A stretch of 49,149 bases of DNA from an uncultured Candidatus Rokubacteria bacterium (GCA_963708025.1 CAVPSB010000043.1:1-49149); one strand, 5' to 3'; positions 9,198-19,894 are shown, numbered from the stretch's first letter. Made by a program: numbers and translations. The notes: generated by a model from the sequence alone, not told the origin.

Positions 9198-10730
9198 ATG
9201 CGCCACTTCAGAGGAACGATCTTCGGCGTGCTGGCGGTCCTGCTGCTGGGCTGGGCGGGGGCCGTGGGTGCGGCCAAGGACACCCTGGTCATCGGCATGC
9301 CGACCGACGTGCCGATCTTCGACACCCACAAGGCGACCGGGCTCCACAACGGGAGCATTCTGAACCAGGTGTCGGAGCCGCTGGTCGGCCTCTCGCCCCG
9401 GGGCGAGGTGATCCCGTACCTCGTGGAGTCGTGGGAGCAGTCGAAGGACGGGCGGAGCTGGACGCTCCGCCTCCGCAAGGGCATCCGGTTCACCGACGGA
9501 ACGCCGGTCAACGCCGAGGCGATCCGGTTCTCGCTGGAGCGCTTCCGCAAGCACTCGATCGGCAAGGCCACGCTGGCGATCGTCGAGAGCGTGGAGGTGG
9601 TGGACGACGCGACCCTCAGGATCACGACCCGGGCGCCCTACGCCCCGCTGATCGCGACGCTCGGCTATCACTGGATCGTGGTCTACAGCGAGGCCCAGAT
9701 CAAGAAGGTCGGCGACGAGAACCTTCACACCGCGCCGATCGGCAGCGGCCCCTACCGCTTCGTCCACCACAAGCGGGGCCAGGAGGTCCGCCTGGAGGCC
9801 AACGACCAGTACTGGGGCGGGCGGCCCCGGATCCGGACCATCGTCAGCCGCCCCTACCCCGACATGAGCGCCCGGATCCTGGCCCTGGAGAGCGGCGACG
9901 TCGACCTGATCTTCCAGGTCCCGCCCCAGGAGGCGGCGCGGCTCGCGAAGAACCCGGGCCTCGTCGTGTACACGCCACCCACCGCCCGCGTCATCTGGCT
10001 CTACCTGAACACCCAGTGGGGCCCCTTCAAGGACAAGCGGGTCCGCCAAGCGCTCTACTACGCGATCGACCGCGACGCGGTCGTGAAGAACATCTTCGCC
10101 GGGATGGCGCGGCTGCTCCGGTCCCCGGGTCCGGCCGGCAGCTACGGCTACACCGAGGCCTACGACCGGTACGCCTTCAACCCGGAGCGGGCCCGCCAGC
10201 TCCTCCGCGAGGCCGGCCAGCCCAACCTCACCTTCACGGTCCACCACTCGCCCGGGCGGTACCTCTTGAGCGGCCAGGTGCTGGAGGCGATGCAGAGCTA
10301 CCTGCGCCAGGTCGGGGTCACCATGAAGATCGTCGACCTCGAGTGGGGCACGCTCTCGCAGCTCTCCGCCCAGCCGGTGGACAAGAGCCCGATCCAGGCG
10401 GTGTTCTTCGGGTGGCGCTCGGTCAACGGCGACATCGACAGCGCCATCCAGGACTTCGCCTCCCGCTTCTGGCGGCCGGGCGGCAATAACGTGTCGTTCT
10501 ACAAGAGCGAGGAGTTCGACCGGCTGCTCGACGCCGAGCAGAGCACCCTGGATCCGAAGAAGCGGGTCGAGATCCTCCACCGCATGCAGGAGATCCTGAT
10601 GGACGACGTCCCCGCCCTGTTCCTCTACGGCGAGCCGTCCATCTGGGCGGCGAAGAAGAGCCTGAAGGGCATCGAGTTCAACCCGCTGGAGTCGCTGCAT
10701 CCCCTCCACAAGGCGTACTTCGAGGAATGA
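9198..10730 (+). CDS. ABC transporter substrate-binding protein, family 5 (peptide/nickel, GsiB/DppA-like)
   Basis: Signal peptide, LRKGIRFTDGTP, PIGSGPY, VRQALYYAIDR. Confidence 0.93.
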   Translation: MRHFRGTIFGVLAVLLLGWAGAVGAAKDTLVIGMPTDVPIFDTHKATGLHNGSILNQVSEPLVGLSPRGEVIPYLVESWEQSKDGRSWTLRLRKGIRFTDGTPVNAEAIRFSLERFRKHSIGKATLAIVESVEVVDDATLRITTRAPYAPLIATLGYHWIVVYSEAQIKKVGDENLHTAPIGSGPYRFVHHKRGQEVRLEANDQYWGGRPRIRTIVSRPYPDMSARILALESGDVDLIFQVPPQEAARLAKNPGLVVYTPPTARVIWLYLNTQWGPFKDKRVRQALYYAIDRDAVVKNIFAGMARLLRSPGPAGSYGYTEAYDRYAFNPERARQLLREAGQPNLTFTVHHSPGRYLLSGQVLEAMQSYLRQVGVTMKIVDLEWGTLSQLSAQPVDKSPIQAVFFGWRSVNGDIDSAIQDFASRFWRPGGNNVSFYKSEEFDRLLDAEQSTLDPKKRVEILHRMQEILMDDVPALFLYGEPSIWAAKKSLKGIEFNPLESLHPLHKAYFEE

Positions 10731-10737
10731 TCCACCA

Positions 10738-11961
10738 ATGATCGTCCGGGGCGGCACCCTCATCGACGGCACCGGCGCCTCGCCCGCGCGCGACGCCGTC
10801 CTCGCGATCCGCGACGGGCGCATCGAGGCGGTGACCGCGGGGGCCGGCCGGCCGCCGACGACCGGGGACGGCGAGGTCGTTGACGCCTCGGGGCTGACCA
10901 TCCTGCCCGGGCTGATCGACTGCCACGATCACCTGGCGATGCACGGGTACGACCTCCCGCGGCGGTGGGGGCTCGACGAGCCGTCGAGCGCGCGGAGCCT
11001 GCGCACGGCCGCCGTCCTCGCCCGGACCCTGGCGTCCGGCTACACGACGGTCCGGGACGCCGGGGGCCTGGACGCCGGCTTCCCGCTGGCCATCGACGAG
11101 GGGCTCGCCGCCGGACCCCGGCTGGTGCTGGCCCTCGCCATCGTCTCCCCGACCGGCGGGATCGGCGACCGGGTCAGCCCCTCCGGCCACGACTGCCTCG
11201 TCCCCCCGGACCCCGCGCTCCCGTCCGGCGTCGCCAACGGCGTCGAGGCCCTGCGGGCCACCCTCCGGACGCTGGTGCGGGCGGGGGCGGATGTCATCAA
11301 GTGCGCGACGACGGGCGGGGCCAGCGGGCGGGCCGGGCACGGGCCGAAGGACCCCGCCTTCAACGCCGACGAGCTGGCCGCCCTCGTGGACGAGGCGCAC
11401 GCGCTCGGCCGGCGGGTCATGTGCCACGCCCTCGGCGGGCCGGGCCTCCGCGCCGCCGTCGCGGCGGGGGTCGATTCCATCGAGCACGGCTGCTACCTCG
11501 ACGAGGACCCCGAGCTGATCCCGATGATGGCCGAGCGCGGCACCTTCTGGGTGCCCACCCTGACCGTCTACGCGTTCCATCGTGCGTCCCCGACCCCCCA
11601 CGTCCGGGAGCGCGCCCGGGCGCTCCACGAGCACCACGTCGCCAGCCTCGAGCGGGCGGTCCGGGCCGGCATCCGGATCGTCGCCGGCACCGACGCCGGC
11701 GGCCACGGTCACCCGCCCAACGCGGCGGAGCTCCAGCACCTGGTGGAGGCCGGTCTCTCGCCGATGCTGGCGCTCCAGGCGGCGACCGGGCTGGCGGCGG
11801 AGTGCCTGGGGCTCGAGCGCGAGATCGGCACCCTCGAGAAGGGGAAGCGCGCCGACCTCGTCGCGGTCGAGGGTGATCCCCTCCGGGACGTCCGCCTCCT
11901 ACAGGATCCCGGGCGCATCCGGCTCGTCGTGAAGGACGGAGTGGTCGTGCGCCGGGCCTGA
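10738..11961 (+). CDS. Metal-dependent amidohydrolase (imidazolonepropionase-like/Xaa-Pro dipeptidase-like)
   Basis: PGLIDCHDH, DVIK, MCHA, IEHG, GTD: full binuclear ligand set. Confidence 0.92.
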   Translation: MIVRGGTLIDGTGASPARDAVLAIRDGRIEAVTAGAGRPPTTGDGEVVDASGLTILPGLIDCHDHLAMHGYDLPRRWGLDEPSSARSLRTAAVLARTLASGYTTVRDAGGLDAGFPLAIDEGLAAGPRLVLALAIVSPTGGIGDRVSPSGHDCLVPPDPALPSGVANGVEALRATLRTLVRAGADVIKCATTGGASGRAGHGPKDPAFNADELAALVDEAHALGRRVMCHALGGPGLRAAVAAGVDSIEHGCYLDEDPELIPMMAERGTFWVPTLTVYAFHRASPTPHVRERARALHEHHVASLERAVRAGIRIVAGTDAGGHGHPPNAAELQHLVEAGLSPMLALQAATGLAAECLGLEREIGTLEKGKRADLVAVEGDPLRDVRLLQDPGRIRLVVKDGVVVRRA

Positions 11962-11969
11962 GCCGGGCG

Positions 11970-12890
11970 ATGTGGCGGCTCACGCTCACCCGGCTCCTGG
12001 CCGGCCTCCCTGCCCTCCTCGTCGTCACCGCGCTCGTCTTCGCGATCGTCCGCCTGATCCCCGGCGACCCCGCGCGGATCCTGGCCGGCGAGTACGCGAC
12101 GGACCAGGTCGTCCGCGAGCTGCGCCAGCGCTGGCAGCTCGACCGGCCCCTGCCCGTCCAGTACGGCGTCTACCTCGGTGGCCTCCTCCGGGGAGATCTC
12201 GGGCGCTCCACCGCGACGTCGCTGCCGGTGGCGCCCGAGCTGCTGGAGCGGTTCCTGCGCACCGTCCAGCTGGCGACGGCCGCGATCCTGATCGCGGCCG
12301 GGGTGGGCGGCCTGGCCGGGGTCGTGGGCGCCGTGCGCCGGGCCTCGCTGGCCGACTACGTGGCGACGGTGCTGGCCCTGGCCGGGGTGTTGACGCCGAT
12401 CTTCTGGTCGGGGCTGATCCTCATCCTGCTCTTCGCGGTGTGGCTGCCGTGGCTCCCCGCCGGCGGCAGCGGCACCCTCGCCCACCTGGTGCTGCCCGCC
12501 GTCAGCCTGGGGCTCTTCGGCGCCGGGGTGATCGCGCGCCAGACCCGCTCGGCCATGCTCGAGACCCTCGGCGAGGAGTTCGTGCGGACCGCGCGCGCCA
12601 AGGGCCTGGCCGAGCGCCGCGTCGTCTACAAGCACGCGCTGAAAAACGCGCTCATCCCGATCGTGACCGTCCTGGGCGACCAGTTCGGGCGGCTGCTCGG
12701 CGGCGCCATCCTGACCGAGACCGTGTTCTCGTGGCCCGGGATGGGACGCTACCTGATCGAGGCGATCGGGATGCGGGATTACGCGGTCATCCAGGCGATC
12801 ATCCTCGTCTTCGCGGTGTCCTTCCTGGTGGTCAACCTGGTCGTCGACGTCTCGTACGGCCTCCTCGACCCGAGGGTGCGGGTGGAATGA
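11970..12890 (+). CDS. Peptide/nickel ABC transporter permease (DppB/GsiC-like)
   Basis: IPGDPA, GDLGRS, EEFVRTARAKGL, RDYAVIQ, LDPRVR. Confidence 0.93.
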   Translation: MWRLTLTRLLAGLPALLVVTALVFAIVRLIPGDPARILAGEYATDQVVRELRQRWQLDRPLPVQYGVYLGGLLRGDLGRSTATSLPVAPELLERFLRTVQLATAAILIAAGVGGLAGVVGAVRRASLADYVATVLALAGVLTPIFWSGLILILLFAVWLPWLPAGGSGTLAHLVLPAVSLGLFGAGVIARQTRSAMLETLGEEFVRTARAKGLAERRVVYKHALKNALIPIVTVLGDQFGRLLGGAILTETVFSWPGMGRYLIEAIGMRDYAVIQAIILVFAVSFLVVNLVVDVSYGLLDPRVRVE

Positions 12891-13732
12891 GGCGCCTCGG
12901 GTCGCCGGCCGCCCGGCGCTTTCGCCGGCATCGCGGGGCCGTCGCCGGCGCCGCCATCGCGCTGGCCTTCGCCGCCGTCGCCCTGCTGGCGCCCTGGCTG
13001 GCGCCGTACGACCCCGTGGCGGTGCAGCTCGCGGCGAACCTCCGGCCGCCCTCCTGGACCCATCCGTTCGGGACGGACAGTCTCGGCCGCGACGTGCTCT
13101 CCCAGACGATCTACGGCGCGCGCGTCTCGCTCACGATCGGCTTCGTCTCGGTCGCCCTGGCCCTGCTGGGCGGCGTGCCCATCGGCGCGCTCGCCGGCTA
13201 CACCGGCGGCTGGGCCGACCGCCTCACCATGCGCCTGGTGGACGTCCTCGTCTCGTTCCCGACGCTCCTCCTCGCCATCATCGTCATCACCATCTTCGGT
13301 CCCGGTCTCTTCCACGCCATGATCGCCATCGGGATCGCCCAGATCCCCCTCTACGCGCGGCTCACGCGAAGCGCCGTGCTGAAGGTCAAGGCCCTCGACT
13401 ACGTGGCCGCCGCCCGGGCGAGCGGGGCGCCGGCCGCCCGGATCCTGTGGCGCCACGTCTTCCCGAACTGCCTGTCCCCGCTCCTCGTGCAGTCGACCCT
13501 CTTCTTCGCCACCGCGATCCTGTCCGCCGCGTACCTCGGGTTCCTCGGTCTCGGCGCCCAGCCCCCCACGCCCGAGTGGGGCACCATGCTGAGCAAGGCC
13601 CGCGACTTCCTCCGGGTGGCGCCCCACGTGTCGATCTTCCCCGGGCTCACGATCATGGTGACCGTGCTGGGACTGAACCTCCTCGGCGACGGCCTCCGCG
13701 ACGTGCTCGACCCGCGGACCGGCCTCGGCTGA
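12887..13732 (+). CDS. Peptide/nickel ABC transporter permease (DppC/GsiD-like)
   Basis: HPFGTDSLGRD, YVAAARASGA, PEWG, GDGLRDVLDPR. ATG 12887 overlaps the upstream stop. Confidence 0.93.
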   Translation: MRRLGSPAARRFRRHRGAVAGAAIALAFAAVALLAPWLAPYDPVAVQLAANLRPPSWTHPFGTDSLGRDVLSQTIYGARVSLTIGFVSVALALLGGVPIGALAGYTGGWADRLTMRLVDVLVSFPTLLLAIIVITIFGPGLFHAMIAIGIAQIPLYARLTRSAVLKVKALDYVAAARASGAPAARILWRHVFPNCLSPLLVQSTLFFATAILSAAYLGFLGLGAQPPTPEWGTMLSKARDFLRVAPHVSIFPGLTIMVTVLGLNLLGDGLRDVLDPRTGLG

Positions 13733-13759
13733 GCTTGGCAGAGCCGCGCGGGGAGAGGC

Positions 13760-13790
13760 GCGACGCCGGACCGGAGGCGTCCGGCGTCGC
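13760..13790. terminator. GC-rich hairpin between convergent genes
   Basis: Perfect 12-bp stem GCGACGCCGGAC/GTCCGGCGTCGC with a 7-nt loop. No U-tract. Confidence 0.55.
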
Positions 13791-13807
13791 CCGTACCAGC
13801 AGTGTCG

Positions 13808-14268
13808 CTATCGTCCGCCAGGCACCACGGAGTTGTGCACGTCCACGATCTGCCACCGCCCGTCGAGCTTCATCCACACCATGCTGGCGCGATAGGGGTA
13901 CGTCGTGACGTGACCACCCGGTCCACGACGGTCAGATCTGCGTAGCTGTTGACGACGGCAACGGTCTCGTTCGCATAGACACGGGTGACCGCGCCACGGC
14001 CGACTACGCTCCGTTGTGGGTAGTTCTTGAAGAGCTCGCTGAAGTACGCACGAATCGCCTGCTTGCCTTCGATCCGAAACCCGCCACTAGTCAGACCGAT
14101 GAACACGGCGTTGTCGGCGAAGTGTGCCGTGATGCCGTCTGCGTCGCCGTTGGCCCACGCCTGGCGCCGCTGCTGACCGATGGCCGCGATGTCTTCCGCC
14201 GGGCCCGCCCATGCCTCGCCGGCGAGCGCGCCCAGGAATACGAGCATGACGAGAATCGTCCGCTTCAT
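13808..14268 (-). CDS. Secreted SnoaL/NTF2-like (DUF4440) protein, one frameshift near 13918
   Basis: Signal peptide MKRTILV..AWA; AWANGDADGITAHFADNAVF; the shifted frame gives SMVWMKLDGRWQIVDVHNS..TAG at 13808. Confidence 0.8.
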
Positions 14269-14556
14269 GGAATGCCCCTCCTCGTCGAAGCCGGGCCGGT
14301 GAACAATGCGAGAATGAAGGCAGTCAGCGGGCCGCGAGTGCGCAGGCGGAGAGCGGCCGCGCGGACATGCCCCCGCGTCGAGGGCATTCAGACAGGGCAC
14401 GCGGGTCGATTCGGGAGACACGCCGAACCTCCTGCTGGAGAAACGTGGATCACGAGAGGCTGGATCCGACGCCGTGCCTCTCCCGCGGCGCGGCCAGCAT
14501 AACCGATCAGCGGCCCGGCGCAACAGGGGCATGCTGACGCGCCGCCCGTCCTCCCG

Positions 14557-15462
14557 ATGACGCTCCCGCTCGGTCGGCTCCTGCTCCTCGGTGCGCTGAC
14601 GCTCTTCTGGGGCGGCAACTGGCCCGCGCTCAAGCTGGCCGTCCGCGAGATCGACCCCTGGATCTTCCGGACACGGCCTGCCTGCTCCTGGGCGGCGGGG
14701 CGCTCCTCACGCTGGTCCGGGCCGGCGGACAGTCGCTCGCGGTCCCGCGGCGGGAGCGGGGGCCGCTCTGCCTGGTCGCCCTGTTCAACATCACCGCCTG
14801 GCACCTCCTGTCGGCCTACGGGCTGACGCTCGTCCAGGCCGGCCGGGCGGCGATCATCGCCTACACGATGCCGCTCTGGACGGTTCTCCTCGGCCGACTC
14901 TTCCTGGGCGAGCGGCTGACGGCAGCCAGGGCGGTCGCCCTCGTCCTCGGCACCGCCGGCCTGGCCGTGCTGATCGCGCCGGACGTGCGGGCGCTCCGGG
15001 CGGCGCCGGCCGGCGTGCTCCTCATGCTCGCCTCGGCGATCCTCTGGGCCGTGGGCACCGTGCTGATCAAGGCGTTCCGGTGGACGATCCCGACGGCGAC
15101 CCTCACCGGCTGGCAGCTCGTCCTCGGCGCCGTCCCCATCGCCATCGGTGCCCTGCTGCGCCTCGGCTGGGGGCCGGACGGTGGCGGCTCTCCACGCGGT
15201 GACCCACCTGAGCCCCCCGGCGCTGGCCGGCGCCGCCTACGCCACGTTCGTGGGCGTCACCTTCTGCCACTGGGCCTGGTTCAAGCTGGTGGGCGCCCTG
15301 CCGGCGGCGGTGGCGGCGATCGGGGTCCTCGGCATCCCGGTGGTCGGCGTCTTCTCGAGCGCGCTCCTCATCGGAGAGCCGGTCGGGGCGGCCGAGCTGG
15401 CGGCGCTGGCCCTGGTCGTGTCCGGGCTCGCGGTCCTGCTGGGCGGCCCGAGCAAGCCGTGA
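14557..15462 (+). CDS. DMT/EamA family transporter (two frameshifts near 14675 and 15185)
   Basis: FWGGNWPALK, AGRAAIIAYTMPLW..LGERL, LTGWQL, IPVVGVFSSALLIGE spread over three frames. Confidence 0.85.
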
Positions 15463-15545
15463 GCCCGCGCCTTGACAGCCTCGCGAGACTCGGCGCAGTA
15501 TCCCGCCATGGTGCGACGACCCCAGCCGCCGGGAGGCAGAGCGAC

Positions 15546-16733
15546 ATGAGCACGACCGACCGTGAGTGGAGCGACGAGGTCGGCCGGCGCGAGGCCGACC
15601 TGATCGCGCTCCGGCGCGACTTCCACCGGCATCCCGAGCTGAGCCACCAGGAGCGGCGTACGGCGGAGGTGATCGCCGAGCGCCTGCACGCCGCCAAGCT
15701 CGAGGTGCGCACCGGCGTCGCCGGCACCGGGGTCGTCGGCGTGCTCCGCGGCGACCGGCCCGGGCGGACGATCGCCTGGCGAGCCGACATCGACGCCCTG
15801 CCCCTGACCGAGACGCTCCAGGCGCCCTTCGCCTCCGGCACGCCGGGCGTCATGCACGCCTGCGGCCACGACGGCCACACCGCCATCGGGCTCACCCTGG
15901 CCGACATCCTCGCCGCGCGTCGCGCCGTGGTTGCGGGCACCGCCGTCTTCCTCTTCCAGCCGGCGGAGGAGGTGCTGGGCGGAGCCCGTCCCATGATCGA
16001 GGCGGGCGTGCTCGACGATCCGCGCGTGGACGAGGTGTACGGGCTGCACCTGACGACGCTCCACCGGGTCGGCCACGCTCAGGTCCGGTCCGGCCCCTTG
16101 ATGGCCTCGGCCGACGCCTTCACCGTGGAGGTGCGGGGCACCGGCGGCCACGGCGCCATGCCGCACCTGTCCATCGACCCCATCACGGCGGCGGCCAACA
16201 TCCTGCTCGGGATGCAGAGCCTGGTGTCGCGCGAGATCTCCGCCCAGGACAGCGCCGTCCTCACGGTGGGCCAGATCGTCTCGGGCACCAAGGGCAACGT
16301 GCTGCCGGACCGGGCCATCATGCGGGGCACCATCCGCACGTTCGAGGCAGGGGTGCGCGAGCACCTGGTCTCCCGGCTGAGGGACTTCGTCACGCACATC
16401 GCGAAGGCCTACCGGGCCGAGGCGGAGATGCGACTCGAGGGCGGCTCCTGTCCGGCCGTGGTGAACCACGCCGGCCCGGCCGAGCTGGTGCGGCAATGCC
16501 TGGTGGCCGAGCTGGGCGACGAGGCCGTCACCGAGGGCCGCCTGGTCATGGCCAGCGACGACATGAGCCTCTTCCTGCGCGAGCGGCCCGGCTGTTACTT
16601 CCGCGTCGGCATCGCGCCGGCGGCCGGCCCCGCCCGGCCGCATCACGCACCGGAGTTCGAGATGGACGAGGGAGGCCTGGCGGTGGGATTGCGCACGGGG
16701 CTGGGCGTGATGCGCGCCGCCCTCGCGCGCTGA
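15546..16733 (+). CDS. M20 family amidohydrolase (Acy1/YhaA-like)
   Basis: RRDFHRHPELS, RADIDAL, MHACGHDGH, FQPAEE, GGHGA, SDDMS, HH. Confidence 0.93.
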   Translation: MSTTDREWSDEVGRREADLIALRRDFHRHPELSHQERRTAEVIAERLHAAKLEVRTGVAGTGVVGVLRGDRPGRTIAWRADIDALPLTETLQAPFASGTPGVMHACGHDGHTAIGLTLADILAARRAVVAGTAVFLFQPAEEVLGGARPMIEAGVLDDPRVDEVYGLHLTTLHRVGHAQVRSGPLMASADAFTVEVRGTGGHGAMPHLSIDPITAAANILLGMQSLVSREISAQDSAVLTVGQIVSGTKGNVLPDRAIMRGTIRTFEAGVREHLVSRLRDFVTHIAKAYRAEAEMRLEGGSCPAVVNHAGPAELVRQCLVAELGDEAVTEGRLVMASDDMSLFLRERPGCYFRVGIAPAAGPARPHHAPEFEMDEGGLAVGLRTGLGVMRAALAR

Positions 16734-16752
16734 GCCACGGAGGAGAGGAACC

Positions 16753-17919
16753 ATGGCACAGCTCAGCAGCATCGACAGGGCGTTCAGCCAGGCGGTGGCG
16801 TCGAAGGCCATGCCGGGCATCGTGGTGACCGCCGCCACCGACAAGGGCGTGCTCTACGAGGGGGCGTTCGGCCAGCGGGAGATCGGCAAGGACGCGCCGA
16901 TGACCCCCGACACGGTCGTGTGGATCGCCTCGATGACCAAGGCCATCACCGCGACCGCCGTCATGCAGCTCGTCGAGAAGGGCAAGCTCGACCTGGAGCG
17001 TCCGGCCAGCGAGGTGGTCCCGCAGCTCGCCGCCGCCCGGGTGCTCGAGGGCTTCGACCCGGCGGGCCAGCCACGCCTCCGGGCGCCCCGGCGGCCGATC
17101 ACGCTCCGCCACCTCCTGACGCACACCGCGGGCTTCAGCTACGAGATCTGGAGCCCGGAGATCGTCCGGTACCAGACCGCCACCGGCACGCCGGGGATCA
17201 CGACCTGCACGAACGCGGCGCTGACCACGCCCTTGCTGTTCGACCCGGGCGACCGGTGGGAGTACGGGATCGGCATCGACTGGGCGGGCAAGATGGTGGA
17301 GGCCACCAGCGGGCAGCGGCTCGACCGGTACTTCCAGGAGCACATCTTCGGCCCGCTCGGCATGCGCGACACGTCGTTCACGCTCACGCCGTCCCAGCGC
17401 GCCCGACTGGCCAGCGTGCACCAGCGGGGTGATGGCGGGGCGCTCGCCCCGATCGAGTTCGGGCTCCCCGAGGAGCCCGAGTTCCACATGGGCGGCGGCG
17501 GGCTCTACGGCACTGCCCGGGACTACCTGGCCTTCGCGCGGATGATCATGCAGGACGGCAGCCTCGACGGGGCCCGGGTGCTGAGCCCGGAGACCGTCGC
17601 CCTCATGGCGCGGAACCACATCGGGGCACTCGACATCGGCGTGTTCAAGACCGCGATCCCGGGGCTGTCCCACGACGTCGAGCTGTTCCCGGGCATGGTC
17701 AAGCAGTGGGGCCTGAGCTTCCTGATCAACACCCAGCCGGTGCCGGGAGGCCGCTCGGCCGGGAGCCTGGCCTGGGCCGGCCTCGCCAACACGTACTTCT
17801 GGATCGACCGCACCCGGCGCGTCTCGGGCGTCTTCCTGTCGCAGGTGCTCCCGTTCTACGACCCCACCGCGATCGACCTGCTCGTCAAGTTCGAGACCGA
17901 GGTCTACCGGGCCCTCTAG
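16753..17919 (+). CDS. Serine hydrolase, beta-lactamase class C-like esterase
   Basis: SxxK motif IASMTK, LLTHTAG, WEYG, GGGGL, WAGLANT. RBS GGAG upstream. Confidence 0.92.
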   Translation: MAQLSSIDRAFSQAVASKAMPGIVVTAATDKGVLYEGAFGQREIGKDAPMTPDTVVWIASMTKAITATAVMQLVEKGKLDLERPASEVVPQLAAARVLEGFDPAGQPRLRAPRRPITLRHLLTHTAGFSYEIWSPEIVRYQTATGTPGITTCTNAALTTPLLFDPGDRWEYGIGIDWAGKMVEATSGQRLDRYFQEHIFGPLGMRDTSFTLTPSQRARLASVHQRGDGGALAPIEFGLPEEPEFHMGGGGLYGTARDYLAFARMIMQDGSLDGARVLSPETVALMARNHIGALDIGVFKTAIPGLSHDVELFPGMVKQWGLSFLINTQPVPGGRSAGSLAWAGLANTYFWIDRTRRVSGVFLSQVLPFYDPTAIDLLVKFETEVYRAL

Positions 17920-17928
17920 GCCCGGGCT

Positions 17929-18618
17929 TCACGAGGCCGGCCGGAGCAGGAGGTCGGCCTCGAGACGGATGTTGTCCTCGACGCTGAGGACGACCGACAC
18001 CCGGGGGATCGGGAGGCCGAAGTCCGGGAAGCGGAAGGCCGTCCGCGCCCGGAGCATCACGTCCGCGTCGCTGAAGGTCGCCGTGCTCTCCCAGGTGATC
18101 CGTCGGGTCACCTCCCGGACGGTGAAGTCCCCGAGGACCTCGAACGACGCGCTGCCGGTCGAAGGGAGCGGAAGGCTCAGGCCCCGGATCTCGACCGGAA
18201 GGAACACCGCCGTCGGGTAGCGGTCCGTCTCCAGCGTGTTCCGCCTGAGAAAGCGGTCCCGCCGATCCTGGTCGCTCTGCAAGGTCCGCAGGTCGACCGC
18301 CAGCCGCGAGTCGCCGGCGAGGACCCGGCCCTGGGGGTCCAGGGCGATCCCGCCGTCGATGGCCCGCGTGGCCCCGATGGCGTCGTTGGGGAAGTTGAGG
18401 CCGACCAGCTGCTCGCGAACGCGGTAGCGGACCTCGCTGCGCTCCGCGACCACGGTGTACCGAACCGCGGCGCTCTGCGCGTGGGCCGTGCCGACCGGCG
18501 ACGGCGGCCTGGACCTCCCGCGCGCGCCGCGACTGCTCGGGTCCCCGGCGACCAGGAGGACGAGGATCCCGGCGGCGGTAGCGACCCACGGAGCCGCCTT
18601 CCACACCCGATGCAACAT
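17929..18618 (-). CDS. YceI family (polyisoprenoid-binding) protein
   Basis: SEVRYRVREQL, VDLRTLQSDQDRRD, YPTAVF, GDFTVREVTR, DFG. N-terminal hydrophobic segment and RBS GGAGGTG. Confidence 0.88.
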   Translation of the reverse strand: MLHRVWKAAPWVATAAGILVLLVAGDPSSRGARGRSRPPSPVGTAHAQSAAVRYTVVAERSEVRYRVREQLVGLNFPNDAIGATRAIDGGIALDPQGRVLAGDSRLAVDLRTLQSDQDRRDRFLRRNTLETDRYPTAVFLPVEIRGLSLPLPSTGSASFEVLGDFTVREVTRRITWESTATFSDADVMLRARTAFRFPDFGLPIPRVSVVLSVEDNIRLEADLLLRPAS

Positions 18619-18652
18619 CAGTCACCTCCACCCCGAGGAAACGACCCCGCGC

Positions 18653-19894
18653 TCACGATCCGGCACCCCAGCGGAGACGCCCGGTCAGCGCGGCGCCCCG
18701 GGGGACCCACGGCCGGAGCGCGGCCAGGGCCAGGAGCCCCAGCGTGCCGTCGACCGCGAACGCGGTCGACACGCCCCAGTGCTGGGAGACGAAGCCGACG
18801 AAGAAGGCGCCGATCGGGAAGACGCCGCTGGACAGGAGCGTGTAGAGGCTCATGATGCGGCCGCGCAGGGCGTCGGGCACGGAGAGCTGGAGAAAGGTGT
18901 TGGTGCCGGCGTTGGCCATGGTGCCGGCGAAGCCGGTCAGGCCGAGGAGCAGCGCCGCCACCCAGAAGTGCCGCACGGCGGCGAGCCCCAGCAGGAAGCT
19001 GCAGGCGCTCCCGACGGCGAGCGCGATGCCGGCCGGCGCCGGCGGGCGGGCGCCGAGGGCGCCGAGGGAGAGCCCGGCCAGCACGGCGCCCAGCCCCAGC
19101 GACGTCATCAGCATGCCGAACCCTTCCGAGCCCTGGCCGAGGACGTTCCGGGCCAGCAGCGGAACGTACACGCTGAAGTTGAACACGCAGAAGCTCACCA
19201 CGACCTGGAGCGTCAGGACGAACCGGACGACGTCCGTGCGGCCCGCGTAGGCGAACCCCTCGACCAGGTCGCCGGCGAAGGTGGTCGCCGTCGCGCGCGG
19301 ACGCGGGGGCCGCGCGGGAACCTTGAGCAGGGTCGTGATGGCGACGGCAAAGGCCAGCGCGTTCAGCAAGAAGCCGGGCGAGAGGCCCACGCGGGCGATG
19401 AGCACGCCGGCGATCGCCGGGCCGATGATCCGCGCGGAGTTGAAGGAAGCCGAATTGAGGCCGACCGCGCTCGCCACGCGCTCCCGCCCGACCAGCTCGA
19501 TCACGAACGCCTGGCGCGTGGGCTGGTCGATCGCGTTCATGACGCCCCAGAGCACGGCGAGCGTGGCCACGTGCCAGTAGGCGGCGTGACCGCTCCACAC
19601 CAGGAGCCCCAGGGTGAGAGCGAGGCAGCCCTGCCCGGCCTGGGTGGCGAGGAGGAGGTGGCGCTTGGTGACGCGGTCGGCGAGGACGCCCGTGAACGCG
19701 CCGAGGAAGAGGATGGGGCCGAACTGGAGCGTGGAGAGGAGACCCAGGAGGAGCGGTGAGTCGGTCAGCTGGAGGACCAGCCACGACTGGCTGATCGACT
19801 GCATCCAAGCGCCGATCTGGGAGACCAGGTTGCCGGCGTAGTAGACGCGGTAGTCGCGTTCGCCCAGCGCGCGGAGACCGGCGGGAAGCGCCAT
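18653..19894 (-). CDS. MFS transporter (DUF894/EntS-like)
   Basis: GNLVSQIGAWMQ, GVLADRVTKR, ARIIGPAIAG, LRGRIMS; about 12 hydrophobic segments. Confidence 0.92.
   Translation of the reverse strand: MALPAGLRALGERDYRVYYAGNLVSQIGAWMQSISQSWLVLQLTDSPLLLGLLSTLQFGPILFLGAFTGVLADRVTKRHLLLATQAGQGCLALTLGLLVWSGHAAYWHVATLAVLWGVMNAIDQPTRQAFVIELVGRERVASAVGLNSASFNSARIIGPAIAGVLIARVGLSPGFLLNALAFAVAITTLLKVPARPPRPRATATTFAGDLVEGFAYAGRTDVVRFVLTLQVVVSFCVFNFSVYVPLLARNVLGQGSEGFGMLMTSLGLGAVLAGLSLGALGARPPAPAGIALAVGSACSFLLGLAAVRHFWVAALLLGLTGFAGTMANAGTNTFLQLSVPDALRGRIMSLYTLLSSGVFPIGAFFVGFVSQHWGVSTAFAVDGTLGLLALAALRPWVPRGAALTGRLRWGAGS

Noticed and set aside
14270-14550. Possible riboswitch in the long intergenic region (several GGAGA motifs)
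   Set aside because: The conserved glycine, TPP, cobalamin or SAM riboswitch cores could not be assembled by eye.
14868-16733. Apparent EamA-M20 peptidase fusion
   Set aside because: The EamA C-terminus continues in another frame to a stop at 15462, and the M20 gene has its own RBS and ATG at 15546.
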